A stretch of DNA of 32,000 bases from an uncultured Erysipelotrichaceae bacterium. GTDB taxonomy: Bacteria; Bacillota_I; Bacilli_A; Erysipelotrichales; Erysipelotrichaceae. The notes below the pieces were generated by a model. It searched no databases and was not told where the DNA came from. It worked only from the letters and a program-made list of their open reading frames with translations. The position numbers and the translations under genes were made by a program. This document shows, in pieces, positions 1 to 9,494 of this stretch. The stretch is taken from the NCBI GenBank assembly GCA_964436975.1, contig CAYTET010000001.1:1-32000 (forward strand). Direction: 5' to 3'. Position 1 is the stretch's first letter. The number at the start of each line of letters is the position of its first letter.

Positions 1-1
1 T

Positions 2-1711
2 TTATTTTGTGTTACCCTCAACTCCCACTGAAACAGAATTAAACAGCGCCGTGGACAGGAAAATCTGGCCGTCGGTGATGGAAATGACATTAGTGGGAAT
101 ATAAGCTGAAATATCGCCGGCCTGGGTTTCCACGATTGGCAGAGCGGTCAAAGACCCGCCGCCCAATTCATCGGAAAGCTTGGCGCTGCGTTCCAGCAGA
201 CGGGAATGCAGATAGAAAACATCTCCGGGATAAGCCTCCCGTCCCGGCGGCCGGTGCAGCAACAGCGACAGGGTCCGGTAGGCAATGGCATGCTTGGACA
301 GGTCATCATAAACTATCAGGACATCTTTGCCCTGCTCCATCCATTCCTCGCCGATGGCACAGCCCGCATAGGGTGCCGCATACTGCAAAGCCGGCAGATC
401 AGCGGCCGAACTAACCACCACAGTGGTGTATTCCATGGCTCCGAACTGCTTCAGCTTTTCAACCAGCCGGGCCACCGTCGCGTTTTTCTGGCCGATGCTG
501 ACATAGATGCAGTAAACATTCTTATTCTTCTGATTGATGATGGTATCCACCGCAATGGCCGTTTTGCCGGTCTGGCGGTCGCCGATGATCAGCTCACGCT
601 GGCCCCGGCCGATAGGAATCATCGAGTCAATAATCTTCAGTCCCGTCAATAGCGGCTGTTTGACCGGCTGGCGGCTGATAACACCCGGCGCCAGTCTTTC
701 AATCGGTCTGCTCTTGCGAGTATCAATTTTGCCCAGGGCATCCAGCGGATGGCCCAAAGAGTCGACAACCCGGCCAATCAAAGCATCACCGACCGGAACT
801 TCCATAATCCGCTGGGTTGCCGTGACCGGCGATCCCTCGGTTATATTGTTGTCTTCATTCAGCAGAACAGCTCCGACATTGTCTTCTTCCAGGTTCATTA
901 CCATGGCACTGGCGCTGCCGACTTTCAGGATTTCACCGATCATCGCCTCGCGCAGGCCCTTGATATTGATGATGCTGTCAGAAATGCTGTAAACGTAGCC
1001 GGTGGTATTGGCCAGGGCATCGTCCAGCTCATTGCGGCTGTTCAGACCGTCCAGCTGCTGTTTTATCAGGGATGAAATATCCTTGGTATCCAGCGGGGTC
1101 TGGTAGTCATCCAGCTTCTGCTGAATCAGTTTGGTGATATCCGAGGACTCCAGGGGAGCCTGCTCGCCTATCCGCAGAAGGCTCTGCTTCAGCTGGTCCA
1201 GCTTATAGCGGTAGGAGCCGTCATAAGACTGGTTGTCAACAACGACTTTAATGCCGCCCAGCATCTTGGTATCGACTTTGCCCGTCAGCTGGACATTCTT
1301 GCCCAGCCGCTGGCTCATGGCCTGGCTGATCTGGGTTACCTGCTCAGCGGTCAGCGGACTGGCCGAATAGACCGTGCCGCGGCTGACCCGGCCGGCCTCG
1401 TCGCTTTCATTTAAAAATTCCTTCAGCGTCTTGCCGGGGATTTCCGGGTGCTGCATATCAGCACTGTCGCTGATGACATCCAGAAAGGCATCAATAAAAT
1501 CAGCATCCAGCTGCTGCTTGAATACCTGATTGATGACATTAGTTTTTTCGCTTTTGGAAATGCGCGGGTTGCACAGATACCAGTTCAGATCTTCCGACGT
1601 CTTTAACGTATCAGCCAGGGCATTGGCCCCGACCCGGTACGGAGTGGTTTTTTTCTGATCGGCAGCGCGTTTCAGCATCACCAAAGCGTTGTGTTGCGTT
1701 ACCGTACTCAT
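2..1711 (-). CDS. atpA: F-type ATP synthase delta(OSCP)-alpha fusion protein; the alpha part ends prematurely at a TAA at positions 2-4
   Basis: 569-aa ORF. Residues ~1-182 end in the delta/OSCP C-terminal signature [28 protein letters not shown]. Residues ~190 onward are alpha subunit: Walker [38 protein letters not shown] and [25 protein letters not shown]. The start overlaps the atpF stop by 4 nt (ATGA). Confidence 0.85.
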   Translation of the reverse strand: MSTVTQHNALVMLKRAADQKKTTPYRVGANALADTLKTSEDLNWYLCNPRISKSEKTNVINQVFKQQLDADFIDAFLDVISDSADMQHPEIPGKTLKEFLNESDEAGRVSRGTVYSASPLTAEQVTQISQAMSQRLGKNVQLTGKVDTKMLGGIKVVVDNQSYDGSYRYKLDQLKQSLLRIGEQAPLESSDITKLIQQKLDDYQTPLDTKDISSLIKQQLDGLNSRNELDDALANTTGYVYSISDSIINIKGLREAMIGEILKVGSASAMVMNLEEDNVGAVLLNEDNNITEGSPVTATQRIMEVPVGDALIGRVVDSLGHPLDALGKIDTRKSRPIERLAPGVISRQPVKQPLLTGLKIIDSMIPIGRGQRELIIGDRQTGKTAIAVDTIINQKNKNVYCIYVSIGQKNATVARLVEKLKQFGAMEYTTVVVSSAADLPALQYAAPYAGCAIGEEWMEQGKDVLIVYDDLSKHAIAYRTLSLLLHRPPGREAYPGDVFYLHSRLLERSAKLSDELGGGSLTALPIVETQAGDISAYIPTNVISITDGQIFLSTALFNSVSVGVEGNTK

Positions 1712-2229
1712 TTTTTCATTACTTCCTTAACAAAGTCCTCAACCGCCTGTTTCTGGCCGACGGCGCCTTCGTCAGTGGTCTTCTGCTTCAATACTTTAGC
1801 GGAAGCTTCCATGGCGACATCTACAATATCGTTATACATATCGGCCCGCATCTGCTGCTTCTGGGCGTCAATATCCTGCATGGCCTTATCCATAGCCAGT
1901 TTGGCCTGGCTGCGGCCTTCGCTGATCAGTTCGTCTTTAACTTTCTGCCCCTCAATTTTGCCTTCTTCGATATAGGCATGGGCCTGTAAGGCGGCCTGCT
2001 CGCTGTCAGCCTTGCTCTGCTGCTGCAGACGGGCTGTCTCTTCTTTCATCTTAACGGCATCATCCAGCTGCTGCTGCTCAAAATCGGCTCTTTTGGTCAG
2101 AATCTGCTTGACCGGTTTCCAGGCCAGTTTCTTCATGACAAAGAAAAGAACAGCGGTTGCACATAACTGGGTGACAAACGTCAGGAAGTTAGGAATCAGT
2201 TTTTCCAGAACATCCAGAGTAATATGCAT
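1708..2229 (-). CDS. atpF: F-type ATP synthase subunit b
   Basis: 173 aa with one N-terminal hydrophobic helix followed by a long charged, Ala/Gln/Lys-rich helical region. It sits between the c and delta-alpha genes. Confidence 0.85.
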   Translation of the reverse strand: MHITLDVLEKLIPNFLTFVTQLCATAVLFFVMKKLAWKPVKQILTKRADFEQQQLDDAVKMKEETARLQQQSKADSEQAALQAHAYIEEGKIEGQKVKDELISEGRSQAKLAMDKAMQDIDAQKQQMRADMYNDIVDVAMEASAKVLKQKTTDEGAVGQKQAVEDFVKEVMKK

Positions 2230-2238
2230 GATTAATCC

Positions 2239-2469
2239 TTACTGTCCTAAAACGAAGATGATCAGAAAGGAAACCAGCATGCCGTAAATAGCGCAGGTCT
2301 CTGAGATAGCCGCGCCGACAATGGCCATTGACCGTATTTTATCGGTCGCATCCGGATTCTTGCCGATAGACTCAACAGCCTGCCGGGCGACACCGGCTTC
2401 GCCGATAGCCGTCAGCATGCCGGTCATAACCGCTAAAGCGGCTCCGATTGCAACTAAACCTTTTTCCAT
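2239..2469 (-). CDS. atpE: F-type ATP synthase subunit c (start trimmed to the ATG at 2469)
   Basis: 76-aa helical hairpin MEKGLVAIGAALAV...GKNPDA...AISETCAIYGMLVSFLI with the conserved ion-binding Glu. RBS AAAGGAGAA lies 8 nt upstream of the ATG. The track ORF begins at an upstream TTG that overlaps the atpB stop. Confidence 0.9.
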   Translation of the reverse strand: MEKGLVAIGAALAVMTGMLTAIGEAGVARQAVESIGKNPDATDKIRSMAIVGAAISETCAIYGMLVSFLIIFVLGQ

Positions 2470-2486
2470 GTTTTTAATTCTCCTTT

Positions 2487-3173
2487 TCAACTTTCTTTGG
2501 GCAACGCGTTGCCAATAAAGGTAATAGACAAAGTTATGAAGATATAAACCTGCATCACTCCGGCAAACAGATCAAAGTAGAAATGCAGGGCCGGAGCTAC
2601 CACAATGCCGACAATATTGAAATTGCCGATAAGCGGTATCTTGGAGGAGATCAGGGCCATCATCTGATAGATGATTTCCATGATCAGCGAGCCGGACAGG
2701 ATATTACCGAACAGACGCAGTGACAATGACGCCCATGTCGACAGCTTATCAATAATGTTCAAAGCCAGAAACGGCGCCATCGGCTCGCACAAGCTCTTGA
2801 AATAAGCCTTGAAGCCCACCGCTCTGATACCATAAACTTCAATCATGACAACCGTAACCGTAGCTAGCGCCAGGGTTACCGAGAAGTTGGCCGTTGGGCA
2901 CTCCAGGGCAAACAGACCAGCGATGTTACATAAGAATATATAGACGGCAACTGAACCGAAATAAGGTCCCAGCTGGTCGGTCACTTTCTTATTTTTGGTT
3001 TCCTGCATCAGCATGCCATCGATGAACTGAACCAGTATCATCGTCAGCAGCACAACACCTTTGGGTTTAGATAAAGGATCAAACTTTTTAAGCTTTGAAT
3101 TGATATACAGCAGTAACAAGATGATTAAAACCGTAATCAGAAGAATATACCAGACTGTGCTTTGCACTACCAT
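2487..3173 (-). CDS. atpB: F-type ATP synthase subunit a
   Basis: 228-aa polytopic membrane protein carrying the essential-Arg motif LSLRLFGNILSG. RBS GGGAGGTGA upstream. Confidence 0.9.
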   Translation of the reverse strand: MVVQSTVWYILLITVLIILLLLYINSKLKKFDPLSKPKGVVLLTMILVQFIDGMLMQETKNKKVTDQLGPYFGSVAVYIFLCNIAGLFALECPTANFSVTLALATVTVVMIEVYGIRAVGFKAYFKSLCEPMAPFLALNIIDKLSTWASLSLRLFGNILSGSLIMEIIYQMMALISSKIPLIGNFNIVGIVVAPALHFYFDLFAGVMQVYIFITLSITFIGNALPKES

Positions 3174-3187
3174 AACGTCACCTCCCT

Positions 3188-3529
3188 TCAGCCTTTTTTG
3201 ATGGCGGCATCAATGATTGTAACAATCTTGAAGGCCATCAATCCGCCGAAAATGCCGAAAATATTGACATAATCAGGCCACACAGCGCCAATTGCCAAAG
3301 CCACTGCGAATACCAATAATCTTACCATTCTAGCCAAAGTTGTCAATAATTTCGGGCCGGGACCGCCGGCAATCTGATCATCGATGTCTTTGGTCAGCAG
3401 CAGCATGTACACCGCAAAGAAAGCCGTGCCTGTGATTATGCCGGCCGCCACCGGAACAGAAAAGAAAAAAGCGATGGCCGCCGCCGCCAGTGCCGCAATT
3501 ACAGAGATACGGTAAGTAGGGGTGTCCAT
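3188..3529 (-). CDS. atpI: AtpI-like small membrane protein (ATP synthase protein I family)
   Basis: 113 aa with about four hydrophobic helices, immediately upstream of atpB as in Bacillus atpI. The call rests on position and topology only. Confidence 0.55.
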   Translation of the reverse strand: MDTPTYRISVIAALAAAAIAFFFSVPVAAGIITGTAFFAVYMLLLTKDIDDQIAGGPGPKLLTTLARMVRLLVFAVALAIGAVWPDYVNIFGIFGGLMAFKIVTIIDAAIKKG

Positions 3530-3550
3530 CGCTAATTCCTCCTGATCTGT

Positions 3551-4171
3551 TTACTTGGTTCCGAAAATACGGTCGCCGGCATCACCCAGCCCCGGAACGA
3601 TATAGCCAATCTCATTGAGATGGTCATCCTTGGCAGCCAGGTAGATATCCACATCCGGATGCGCCTGCTGCACAACATCTATGCCCTGCTGAACGCCGAC
3701 CAGACAGACCATTTTAATGGTCTTGGCGCCATGCTTCTTAACAACATCAATGGCCGCCTTGGCACTGCCGCCGGTGGCCAGCATCGGATCCAGAATCATG
3801 ACAATGGCCTTGTCCAGATCCTTGGGGAACTTGGCATAGTATTCATGCGGCTCCAGAGTCTTCTCATCGCGGTACAGGCCGACATGACCGACTTTGGCTG
3901 TCGGAATCAGATTCTGAATGCCGCCGACCATGCCTAAGCCGGCTCTTAAAATCGGCACCAGGACAACCGGCTTATCCAGTTCATAGCCCGTGCACCCTCC
4001 CATCGGAGTGGTGATTTCAACCGGCCGCAGAGGCAGATCCTTGCTGATCTCATAAGCCATCAGGCTGGCGATCTCATCCAGATTCTGCCGGAAATCCTTG
4101 GTTCCGGTTTCAACCTTTCTCATCGTAGTCAGCTTGTGGATAATCAGCGGGTGATTCAATACGTTTACCAT
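3551..4171 (-). CDS. upp: Uracil phosphoribosyltransferase
   Basis: 206 aa with the PRPP-binding loop [15 protein letters not shown] and the C-terminal [17 protein letters not shown] typical of Upp. Confidence 0.95.
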   Translation of the reverse strand: MVNVLNHPLIIHKLTTMRKVETGTKDFRQNLDEIASLMAYEISKDLPLRPVEITTPMGGCTGYELDKPVVLVPILRAGLGMVGGIQNLIPTAKVGHVGLYRDEKTLEPHEYYAKFPKDLDKAIVMILDPMLATGGSAKAAIDVVKKHGAKTIKMVCLVGVQQGIDVVQQAHPDVDIYLAAKDDHLNEIGYIVPGLGDAGDRIFGTK

Positions 4172-4188
4172 TTCAATGTTCCTCCCAT

Positions 4189-5412
4189 TTATTTATAAAG
4201 CGGCAGCCGGTCGGTCAATTCGCTGACCTGCTGGCGCACTTTATCTAAAGTCTGGCTGTCCTGGCCGTTTTTCAGAACCGTTCCAATCCAACTGCCGATA
4301 GCGGCAAAGTCATTTTCATCGCAGCCTCTGGTCGTCATGGCCGGAGTGCCCAGTCTGATTCCCGAAGTCTGCATCGGCTTTTCCTGGTCAAAGGGAATGG
4401 TGTTCTTATTGACGGTAATGCCGACGCTGTCCAGCAGCGTCTCGACCTGCCGGCCGGTCAGGCCGGTGCTGGCTTTGACGTCAACCAGAACCAGGTGGTT
4501 GTCGCTGCCCCCGCTGACCAGACGGAAACCCTGCTGTTTTAATGAAGCGCACAGGGCCTGGCAGTTGGCCAGAACCTGTTTCTGGTAAGCAATGAATTCA
4601 GGCTGGGCGGCTTCATAGAAGCAGACCGCTTTAGCCGCAATGATATGCTCCAGCGGACCGCCCTGCACTCCGGGAAAAACCGCCCGGTCCAAATCTTTGG
4701 CATATTTTTCCTGGCACAGAATGGCGCCGCCGCGCGGACCCCGCAGCGTCTTATGGGTCGTAGTGGTCACAAAATCAGCCGTCAGGCAGGGATTGGGATG
4801 CAGACCGGCCGCAATCAGGCCGGCCACATGGGCCATATCCACCATCATGTAGGCCCCGCAGGCATCGCAGATCTGTCTGATCCGGTCATAGTCAATGAAG
4901 CGGGAATAGGCACTGGCTCCGGCCACAATCATTTTGGGCTGGTAGGCCATGGCCTTGTCATACAGGGCATCATAATCAATCCGTTCGGTTTCAGGATCAA
5001 CGCCGTAGGCTTCAAACCGGTACAGCTTGCCGGAGAAAGACAGCGGATGGCCGTGGGTCAGATGACCGCCGGCGGTCAAATCCATGCCGAGCACCTTATC
5101 ACCCGGCTGCAGAACCGTAAAGTAAACCGCCATATTGGCCTGGGAACCGGAATGAGGCTGGACATTGGCATGGTCCGCCTTGAAAAGAGCGGCCAGCCGC
5201 TGGCGGGCAATCTCTTCGACCGTGTCAACATTGACACAGCCGCCATAGTACCGGTGGTTCGGATAGCCTTCGGCATACTTGTTAGTCAGAACCGAGCCCA
5301 TTGCTTCCCGGATTTCATCAGATACATAGTTTTCCGAGGCAATCAGTTCGATGTTGTGCTGCTGCCGCTGCTGTTCGGCATTAATGGCGGCGGCGATTTG
5401 GGGATCTTTCAT
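4189..5412 (-). CDS. glyA: Serine hydroxymethyltransferase
   Basis: 407 aa with [22 protein letters not shown] and the PLP-lysine motif [14 protein letters not shown]. Confidence 0.95.
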   Translation of the reverse strand: MKDPQIAAAINAEQQRQQHNIELIASENYVSDEIREAMGSVLTNKYAEGYPNHRYYGGCVNVDTVEEIARQRLAALFKADHANVQPHSGSQANMAVYFTVLQPGDKVLGMDLTAGGHLTHGHPLSFSGKLYRFEAYGVDPETERIDYDALYDKAMAYQPKMIVAGASAYSRFIDYDRIRQICDACGAYMMVDMAHVAGLIAAGLHPNPCLTADFVTTTTHKTLRGPRGGAILCQEKYAKDLDRAVFPGVQGGPLEHIIAAKAVCFYEAAQPEFIAYQKQVLANCQALCASLKQQGFRLVSGGSDNHLVLVDVKASTGLTGRQVETLLDSVGITVNKNTIPFDQEKPMQTSGIRLGTPAMTTRGCDENDFAAIGSWIGTVLKNGQDSQTLDKVRQQVSELTDRLPLYK

Positions 5413-6014
5413 TCGGCCAGCTCCTTTTCTATTTCAGCCAGACTGATCTGGCCTTCTCTTAAACAGACTAATTTTTCTTTGGTGCAATCAATTACTGTTG
5501 AGGCCACATGGGAAAAGCTGGATCCGGTGACGACAGCCGCAATCCGGCCGTCCAGCTGGGCCAGCACCTGTTCATCGGTGTTAGCGGCAGGATGATCGGA
5601 CAGATTGGCACTGGTCACAAACATCGGACCGGTCAGCCGCAGAAGGGCTAATACAAAATCGTCATCAGGGATCCGGATGCCAACGGTTTTGAAACCATTG
5701 ACACTTTCATCACTGATGACGTCTTTCTTATTCAGTACAACGGTTAAAGCCCCGGGCATAAAACGAGCCGCTATGGCAGCGGTACGTGAATCAACAGCGG
5801 CCACTTCTGCCATCTGACTGACATCGGCAACCATTAAGGGAAAAGGTTTGTGGGGATCGCGTCCCTTGGCCTGCCGCATCAGCTCAACAGCCGCCAGATC
5901 ATCATAGCGGACCCCGATGCCGTAAACCGTATCGGTGGGAAAAGCGACAACCTGACCGCTGATAATTAAAGAAGCGGCCTTTTGGATCTCTTCTCTGCTC
6001 AGCACCAGTGTCAT
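5409..6014 (-). CDS. tsaC: L-threonylcarbamoyladenylate synthase (YwlC/TsaC/Sua5 family); start trimmed to the ATG at 6014
   Basis: YrdC-domain motifs [26 protein letters not shown] and [20 protein letters not shown] precedes the internal ATG. The 4-nt ATGA overlap with glyA matches Bacillus ywlC-glyA synteny. Confidence 0.85.
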   Translation of the reverse strand: MTLVLSREEIQKAASLIISGQVVAFPTDTVYGIGVRYDDLAAVELMRQAKGRDPHKPFPLMVADVSQMAEVAAVDSRTAAIAARFMPGALTVVLNKKDVISDESVNGFKTVGIRIPDDDFVLALLRLTGPMFVTSANLSDHPAANTDEQVLAQLDGRIAAVVTGSSFSHVASTVIDCTKEKLVCLREGQISLAEIEKELAE

Positions 6015-6039
6015 GATTCTCACCCCTTGCTCGCCTAAT

Positions 6040-6049
6040 ATCATAGCAC
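6040..6049 (-). promoter_or_regulatory. Candidate extended -10 element (TGcTATGATA) upstream of tsaC
   Basis: The minus strand reads gTGcTATGATAtt about 25 nt upstream of the tsaC ATG. I could not identify a good -35. Confidence 0.3.
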
Positions 6050-6094
6050 AGATTAAGGTAAACTGATGTATCAATCCGCAAATTGAAACGGGTT

Positions 6095-7189
6095 CTATTC
6101 CTGGGCCTGGGCAATGCTCTGGCGCAGGATCCGCATAATGGTGGCGGCGCCGGCGCGATTGGGATTGATGCGGATCATTCGCTTCTTTAAAGACGGATCC
6201 ATCTTCAGGAAAGTGCCGCTGACCTTATAGAACATCGGAGCCAGCTCATATTTGGATTCGGCGCCCACCGGATTGGGCAGGGCGCCTAATTCAGCCGCCC
6301 GGGCTAAAACCGCCTCGGCGATATCATCTTTAAATTCCACCAGCAGAACCTTGGACTGGCTGTTGGCCAGAAAAGCGTCCTTGATCTGGGGAATGGCCGC
6401 CGCCTTAAGCTCTTTGACCAGCTTCTCATTCTGCTCGGCCTGCACTGCCAGCAGAACCGGAGCACTGACCAGACCGCGCAGAACTTCCATTGCCTGCCAG
6501 CCCTGGACTTTAGAACCGCCGGAGTAATTCATTTTATCAATGCGTTCAATAATATCCTTTCGGCCCACAACAATGCCGACTCCCTCCGGTCCCAGCAGTT
6601 TAAAGGATGAAAAGGCAGAGATGTCAGCACCGCATTCAACGCCGATTTTTTCAACCTTCATCACGGCATAGTTGTCATCAACGATGACCGGAATGTTTTT
6701 TTCCGCCTTGATCGTCTTTATGACATCGGCCAGCTGATAGCTGTCAGAGGGAACCTGACGGGTGTGCTGCAGAAGGACTACATCGATATTGTTGCTCTTA
6801 AGCGCCGCCGTGATACTGGCAGCTTGATTGAAATCGGCCCGGACAATCCGCAGATTCAAGCCCTGCAGTGTGGTTTCACTGCTGGGGTAGATGGGTGCCT
6901 GGTGAACCAGGATAGTGCTGTTGGGCTTAACCGCTCCCATCAAGGCCCACCGGATAGCTCCGGTGCCGGCTCCGGTCACCAGCTGGCAGGCCTGACTGCC
7001 GAAGAAAGCCGCAATGACCCGCTCCGCCTTGGCGGCCGTCTGCGGCTTGTTGATTCCGGCTGTACAGCCCAAATCACCCAGGCTGAGTGACGCGGCGCCC
7101 GCAAATTCTTTTGTGATGCAGTCAACCAGGGCGAACTGCTTTTCTTCCGCCTGGGTCAGGGAGATGCTGTGTAAAGGATAAGTCTTCAT
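6095..7189 (-). CDS. yhfS: PLP-dependent fold-type I enzyme, YhfS/SelA-like
   Basis: 364 aa. It has the glycine-rich stretch LVTGAGTGAI, an aspartate in VIVDDNYA and a candidate PLP lysine in SAFSSFKLLGPEGVG, resembling the SelA/DgaE-type S-x-x-K-LLGGP motif. Size and position match E. coli YhfS (recalled, not searched). Confidence 0.6.
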   Translation of the reverse strand: MKTYPLHSISLTQAEEKQFALVDCITKEFAGAASLSLGDLGCTAGINKPQTAAKAERVIAAFFGSQACQLVTGAGTGAIRWALMGAVKPNSTILVHQAPIYPSSETTLQGLNLRIVRADFNQAASITAALKSNNIDVVLLQHTRQVPSDSYQLADVIKTIKAEKNIPVIVDDNYAVMKVEKIGVECGADISAFSSFKLLGPEGVGIVVGRKDIIERIDKMNYSGGSKVQGWQAMEVLRGLVSAPVLLAVQAEQNEKLVKELKAAAIPQIKDAFLANSQSKVLLVEFKDDIAEAVLARAAELGALPNPVGAESKYELAPMFYKVSGTFLKMDPSLKKRMIRINPNRAGAATIMRILRQSIAQAQE

Positions 7190-7220
7190 AACGATCTTTC
7201 TCCTGTCTTTTTATACGATA

Positions 7221-7291
7221 CCGATAAAAGGAAACGGACGTCAATCCTTTTAGATACATCATCGTATCCGCCGAATCAGAATTGACGTCCG
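7221..7291 (-). terminator. Long interrupted hairpin with a T-rich tail between the yhfT-like and yhfS-like genes (terminator/attenuator-like)
   Basis: An 11-bp perfect stem: CGGACGTCAAT (7235-7245) pairs with ATTGACGTCCG (7281-7291). A GATAC/GTATC sub-stem lies in the loop. On the minus strand the stem is followed by TTTCCTTTTAT. Confidence 0.45.
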
Positions 7292-7325
7292 CTGCTAATA
7301 TCAGGAAATGATAATCAGATTACGG

Positions 7326-8609
7326 CTAGGCTACAGTATACAGGCCGACTAAAGCCAGTATATTGATGACAACGCCGACAATGATCATTGCAATCGGGCC
7401 GACGGCCAGACGGGTAATCGGCTTTTTGAAATACTCATTCATGACAAAGAAGGCCGAGACAATCAGGAAGCCATAGCCGGGAGCCATGCCTTCGGCAGCA
7501 TACATGGAGCCGACCAGCAGAGCAACTTCCAGCAGTTTTGTCATCGCAACCCGCATATCATCACCCAGCTTCTTGAAAGCCGGGAACTTGTCAAACAGCT
7601 TGGCAATCCAGACCAGACCGAAAGCTTCCAGCGACATGGTCAGAGCACCCAGAATGGCGGCCACAATGGCATTGGGAGCCAGCAGACCGACCGTGGCCGT
7701 AAAGCCGATACCGTCAGTAACAAAGGTTCCGGTCATGATGCTTGTTAAACCCTTCAGAGGAATAAAACTGAGCGCCCGGGCGATCGTAATGGGAATAGCC
7801 GAACTGATGTTGCCTTCACCTACGGCAATCAGCGACTGCGGGCCTTCCATCAGCAGACCGATATTGCAGGCCACGCCGTAAATGGCGCCCATCGCGGCAA
7901 TCCAGCCGATATTCTTGCGGATGTTGCCGATGCGGTCAGCAAAAACAGTGGAAAGATTGGTGCTCTTCTGACTCTTGTCGAGACCGGCAAAAATCATAAC
8001 AATAATCAGACCGGCCAGCATGGTGATGCCATCGGCGATGCCGGAATTGACAATTTCCATGATGGATCTGATTAATACCACAATGCCTAATGAGCCAAGT
8101 CCCTTCTTCCAGCCGTAATCCATAGCGATAACCACGCACGGGAAGACGCTGAAGCAGGCGATGACAGGATTGGAAATCTCCTGCCAGGAATTGAAGATGT
8201 TGACCGGCAGTTTGGCCGCCAGATCAACTACGGACTGCAGGCCGCTCAGCAGCAGAACGCCATAAACGCCGCCGGCTAAAGCTGCCAGCAGGGAGAACAG
8301 CAGACTCTTGTTGTTCTTATACCATTTGTCACTCATGTCAGCCGGGAAGGCAATGCCGATGATATCGGTGCCCAGCCACAGGCAGTGGACCAGAATGATG
8401 CTGTACATCAGCGAATACGGAATACCGAAACCGATAACCAGACCAAAACTCAAGCCAAACGTCGTGGCCAAAAATTCACCGTGTTTCAACCGCCCCTCGC
8501 GGTACTCCGGTACAATCGGCCTGACTGCATCGTTGAAGACAGCGATGCCGCGGTTAGCTTCGAAGGCGCCCATGGCACCCGCTAAAAAGATAATAATATA
8601 ACGTAGCAT
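7326..8609 (-). CDS. yhfT: Polytopic membrane permease, YhfT-like
   Basis: 427 aa and hydrophobic throughout (more than 10 predicted TM helices). RBS AAAGGGGA. Size and position next to the yhfU-like and yhfS-like genes match E. coli YhfT (about 434 aa, recalled). Confidence 0.6.
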   Translation of the reverse strand: MLRYIIIFLAGAMGAFEANRGIAVFNDAVRPIVPEYREGRLKHGEFLATTFGLSFGLVIGFGIPYSLMYSIILVHCLWLGTDIIGIAFPADMSDKWYKNNKSLLFSLLAALAGGVYGVLLLSGLQSVVDLAAKLPVNIFNSWQEISNPVIACFSVFPCVVIAMDYGWKKGLGSLGIVVLIRSIMEIVNSGIADGITMLAGLIIVMIFAGLDKSQKSTNLSTVFADRIGNIRKNIGWIAAMGAIYGVACNIGLLMEGPQSLIAVGEGNISSAIPITIARALSFIPLKGLTSIMTGTFVTDGIGFTATVGLLAPNAIVAAILGALTMSLEAFGLVWIAKLFDKFPAFKKLGDDMRVAMTKLLEVALLVGSMYAAEGMAPGYGFLIVSAFFVMNEYFKKPITRLAVGPIAMIIVGVVINILALVGLYTVA

Positions 8610-8664
8610 ATTGTTAATCCCCTTTTCTTTTTTCCTGCTTTATGATTTCCTGCCGCCCAATGTC

Positions 8665-9045
8665 TCAGCCGGTCACCTCCGCATCCTTTTCCAGATAATG
8701 ATTGATGATGACGGGTACGACCCGCTTTATATCTTCAGGCACCATGCCAAAGGCCTGCTTGCCCTCATCAATTCCCTTGCATATTTCTTCTTCGCCAAGC
8801 ATCCGTCCCGGCATGCTGACGGTCAGGCATTTACCGTAGCCGATGATGGCAATGGCCATCGCCAGCGCTCCGCCGCCGCCGGTATCGCAGGCTCCCAGAT
8901 ACAGATCTGCGGTGCCGCTTTTAATCTCCATGGCCGCTTCAATATCGCCCATTACCCGGCATTCAATCCGGCCGGCGGCTGTTTCTTCGGCGGCTTTCAA
9001 AATCTCTTCCTTGGCCAGCTGGCCTCCAATAACGATTTTCAGCAT
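8665..9045 (-). CDS. yhfU: DUF2620/YhfU-like small soluble protein (start trimmed to the ATG at 9045)
   Basis: 126 aa, MLKIVIGGQ...DIEAAMEIKSGTADLYLGACDTGGGGALAMAIAIIGY. RBS AGGGAGGG. The start lies 8 nt after the upstream gene's TGA. Confidence 0.6.
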   Translation of the reverse strand: MLKIVIGGQLAKEEILKAAEETAAGRIECRVMGDIEAAMEIKSGTADLYLGACDTGGGGALAMAIAIIGYGKCLTVSMPGRMLGEEEICKGIDEGKQAFGMVPEDIKRVVPVIINHYLEKDAEVTG

Positions 9046-9053
9046 TGTCTGTT

Positions 9054-9401
9054 TCAGCCCTCCCTGTTCATCAGATTGCACAGATGCATGATCATAAACT
9101 GCTTCTCACTTTCCGGAAAAACCACCGGCGCCGGCTGGCTGATCTGTTCAAACAGCACGGCCGCATTCTGGTAATATGGCGATCTGACAACCTGCTGCCA
9201 GATATCAGCACCCAGCTGACCGGCCGGCTCATTGTTTTTTATCCGCTGGCTGGCCATGGCCAGGTGGGTGGTGAATACTTCCATTTTGCGCTGGTCATAA
9301 TCCGCGGCAGTCAAAAAATCAATGATCTGATTGGTATACTCCGCCACATCATCATCGATAACCCCGGCCGTCTGAAGAAGTTTAACGCGCTGTTTCAGCA
9401 T
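9054..9401 (-). CDS. yhfY: Stand-alone PRD-like domain protein, YhfY-like (start trimmed to the ATG at 9401)
   Basis: 115-aa helical protein containing ...TTHLAMASQRI.... The longer track ORF (to 9509) would run through an intrinsic terminator, so the internal ATG is preferred. The RBS is weak. Confidence 0.5.
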   Translation of the reverse strand: MLKQRVKLLQTAGVIDDDVAEYTNQIIDFLTAADYDQRKMEVFTTHLAMASQRIKNNEPAGQLGADIWQQVVRSPYYQNAAVLFEQISQPAPVVFPESEKQFMIMHLCNLMNREG

Positions 9402-9494
9402 AATATTCAAAATTTTGTATATTGTTCCTGCCCTTATAATAGTTTGCCCGGGCTGACTTGTCAATGCCTTGAAAAAATAAAGCGCCCCTGACCG

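Noticed and set aside
1-40. A group II intron 5' end (GUGYG) or an intein at the atpA breakpoint.
   Set aside because: The sequence after the break reads GTGGGAG, not GTGCG/GTGTG. An intein would stay in frame without a stop. There is too little sequence inside the window to support either idea.
4645-5595. A 316-aa plus-strand ORF antisense to glyA. Similar long antisense ORFs occur at 28658-29398 and 27707-28336 (opposite murA and GH1), 10999-11424, 13003-13518, 24872-25469 and 206-1075.
   Set aside because: These are mirror-frame ORFs opposite strongly conserved genes in GC-rich, codon-biased DNA. Their translations are low-complexity (Gly/Arg/Ala/His-rich), they have no RBS, and the sense-strand genes explain the region fully.
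5409-6074. Longer N-terminal extensions offered by the ORF track for several genes: 5409-6074, 8665-9081, 9054-9509, 12802-13716, 17547-18377, 22047-23417, 24848-25825, 27083-28570, 28580-29881 and 2239-2490.
   Set aside because: In each case an internal ATG sits 5-13 nt after a Shine-Dalgarno-like sequence, except 9401, where the preference rests on the terminator argument. That ATG is also where family homology begins. The extensions run through terminators, repeats or the preceding gene, and they encode non-homologous sequence.
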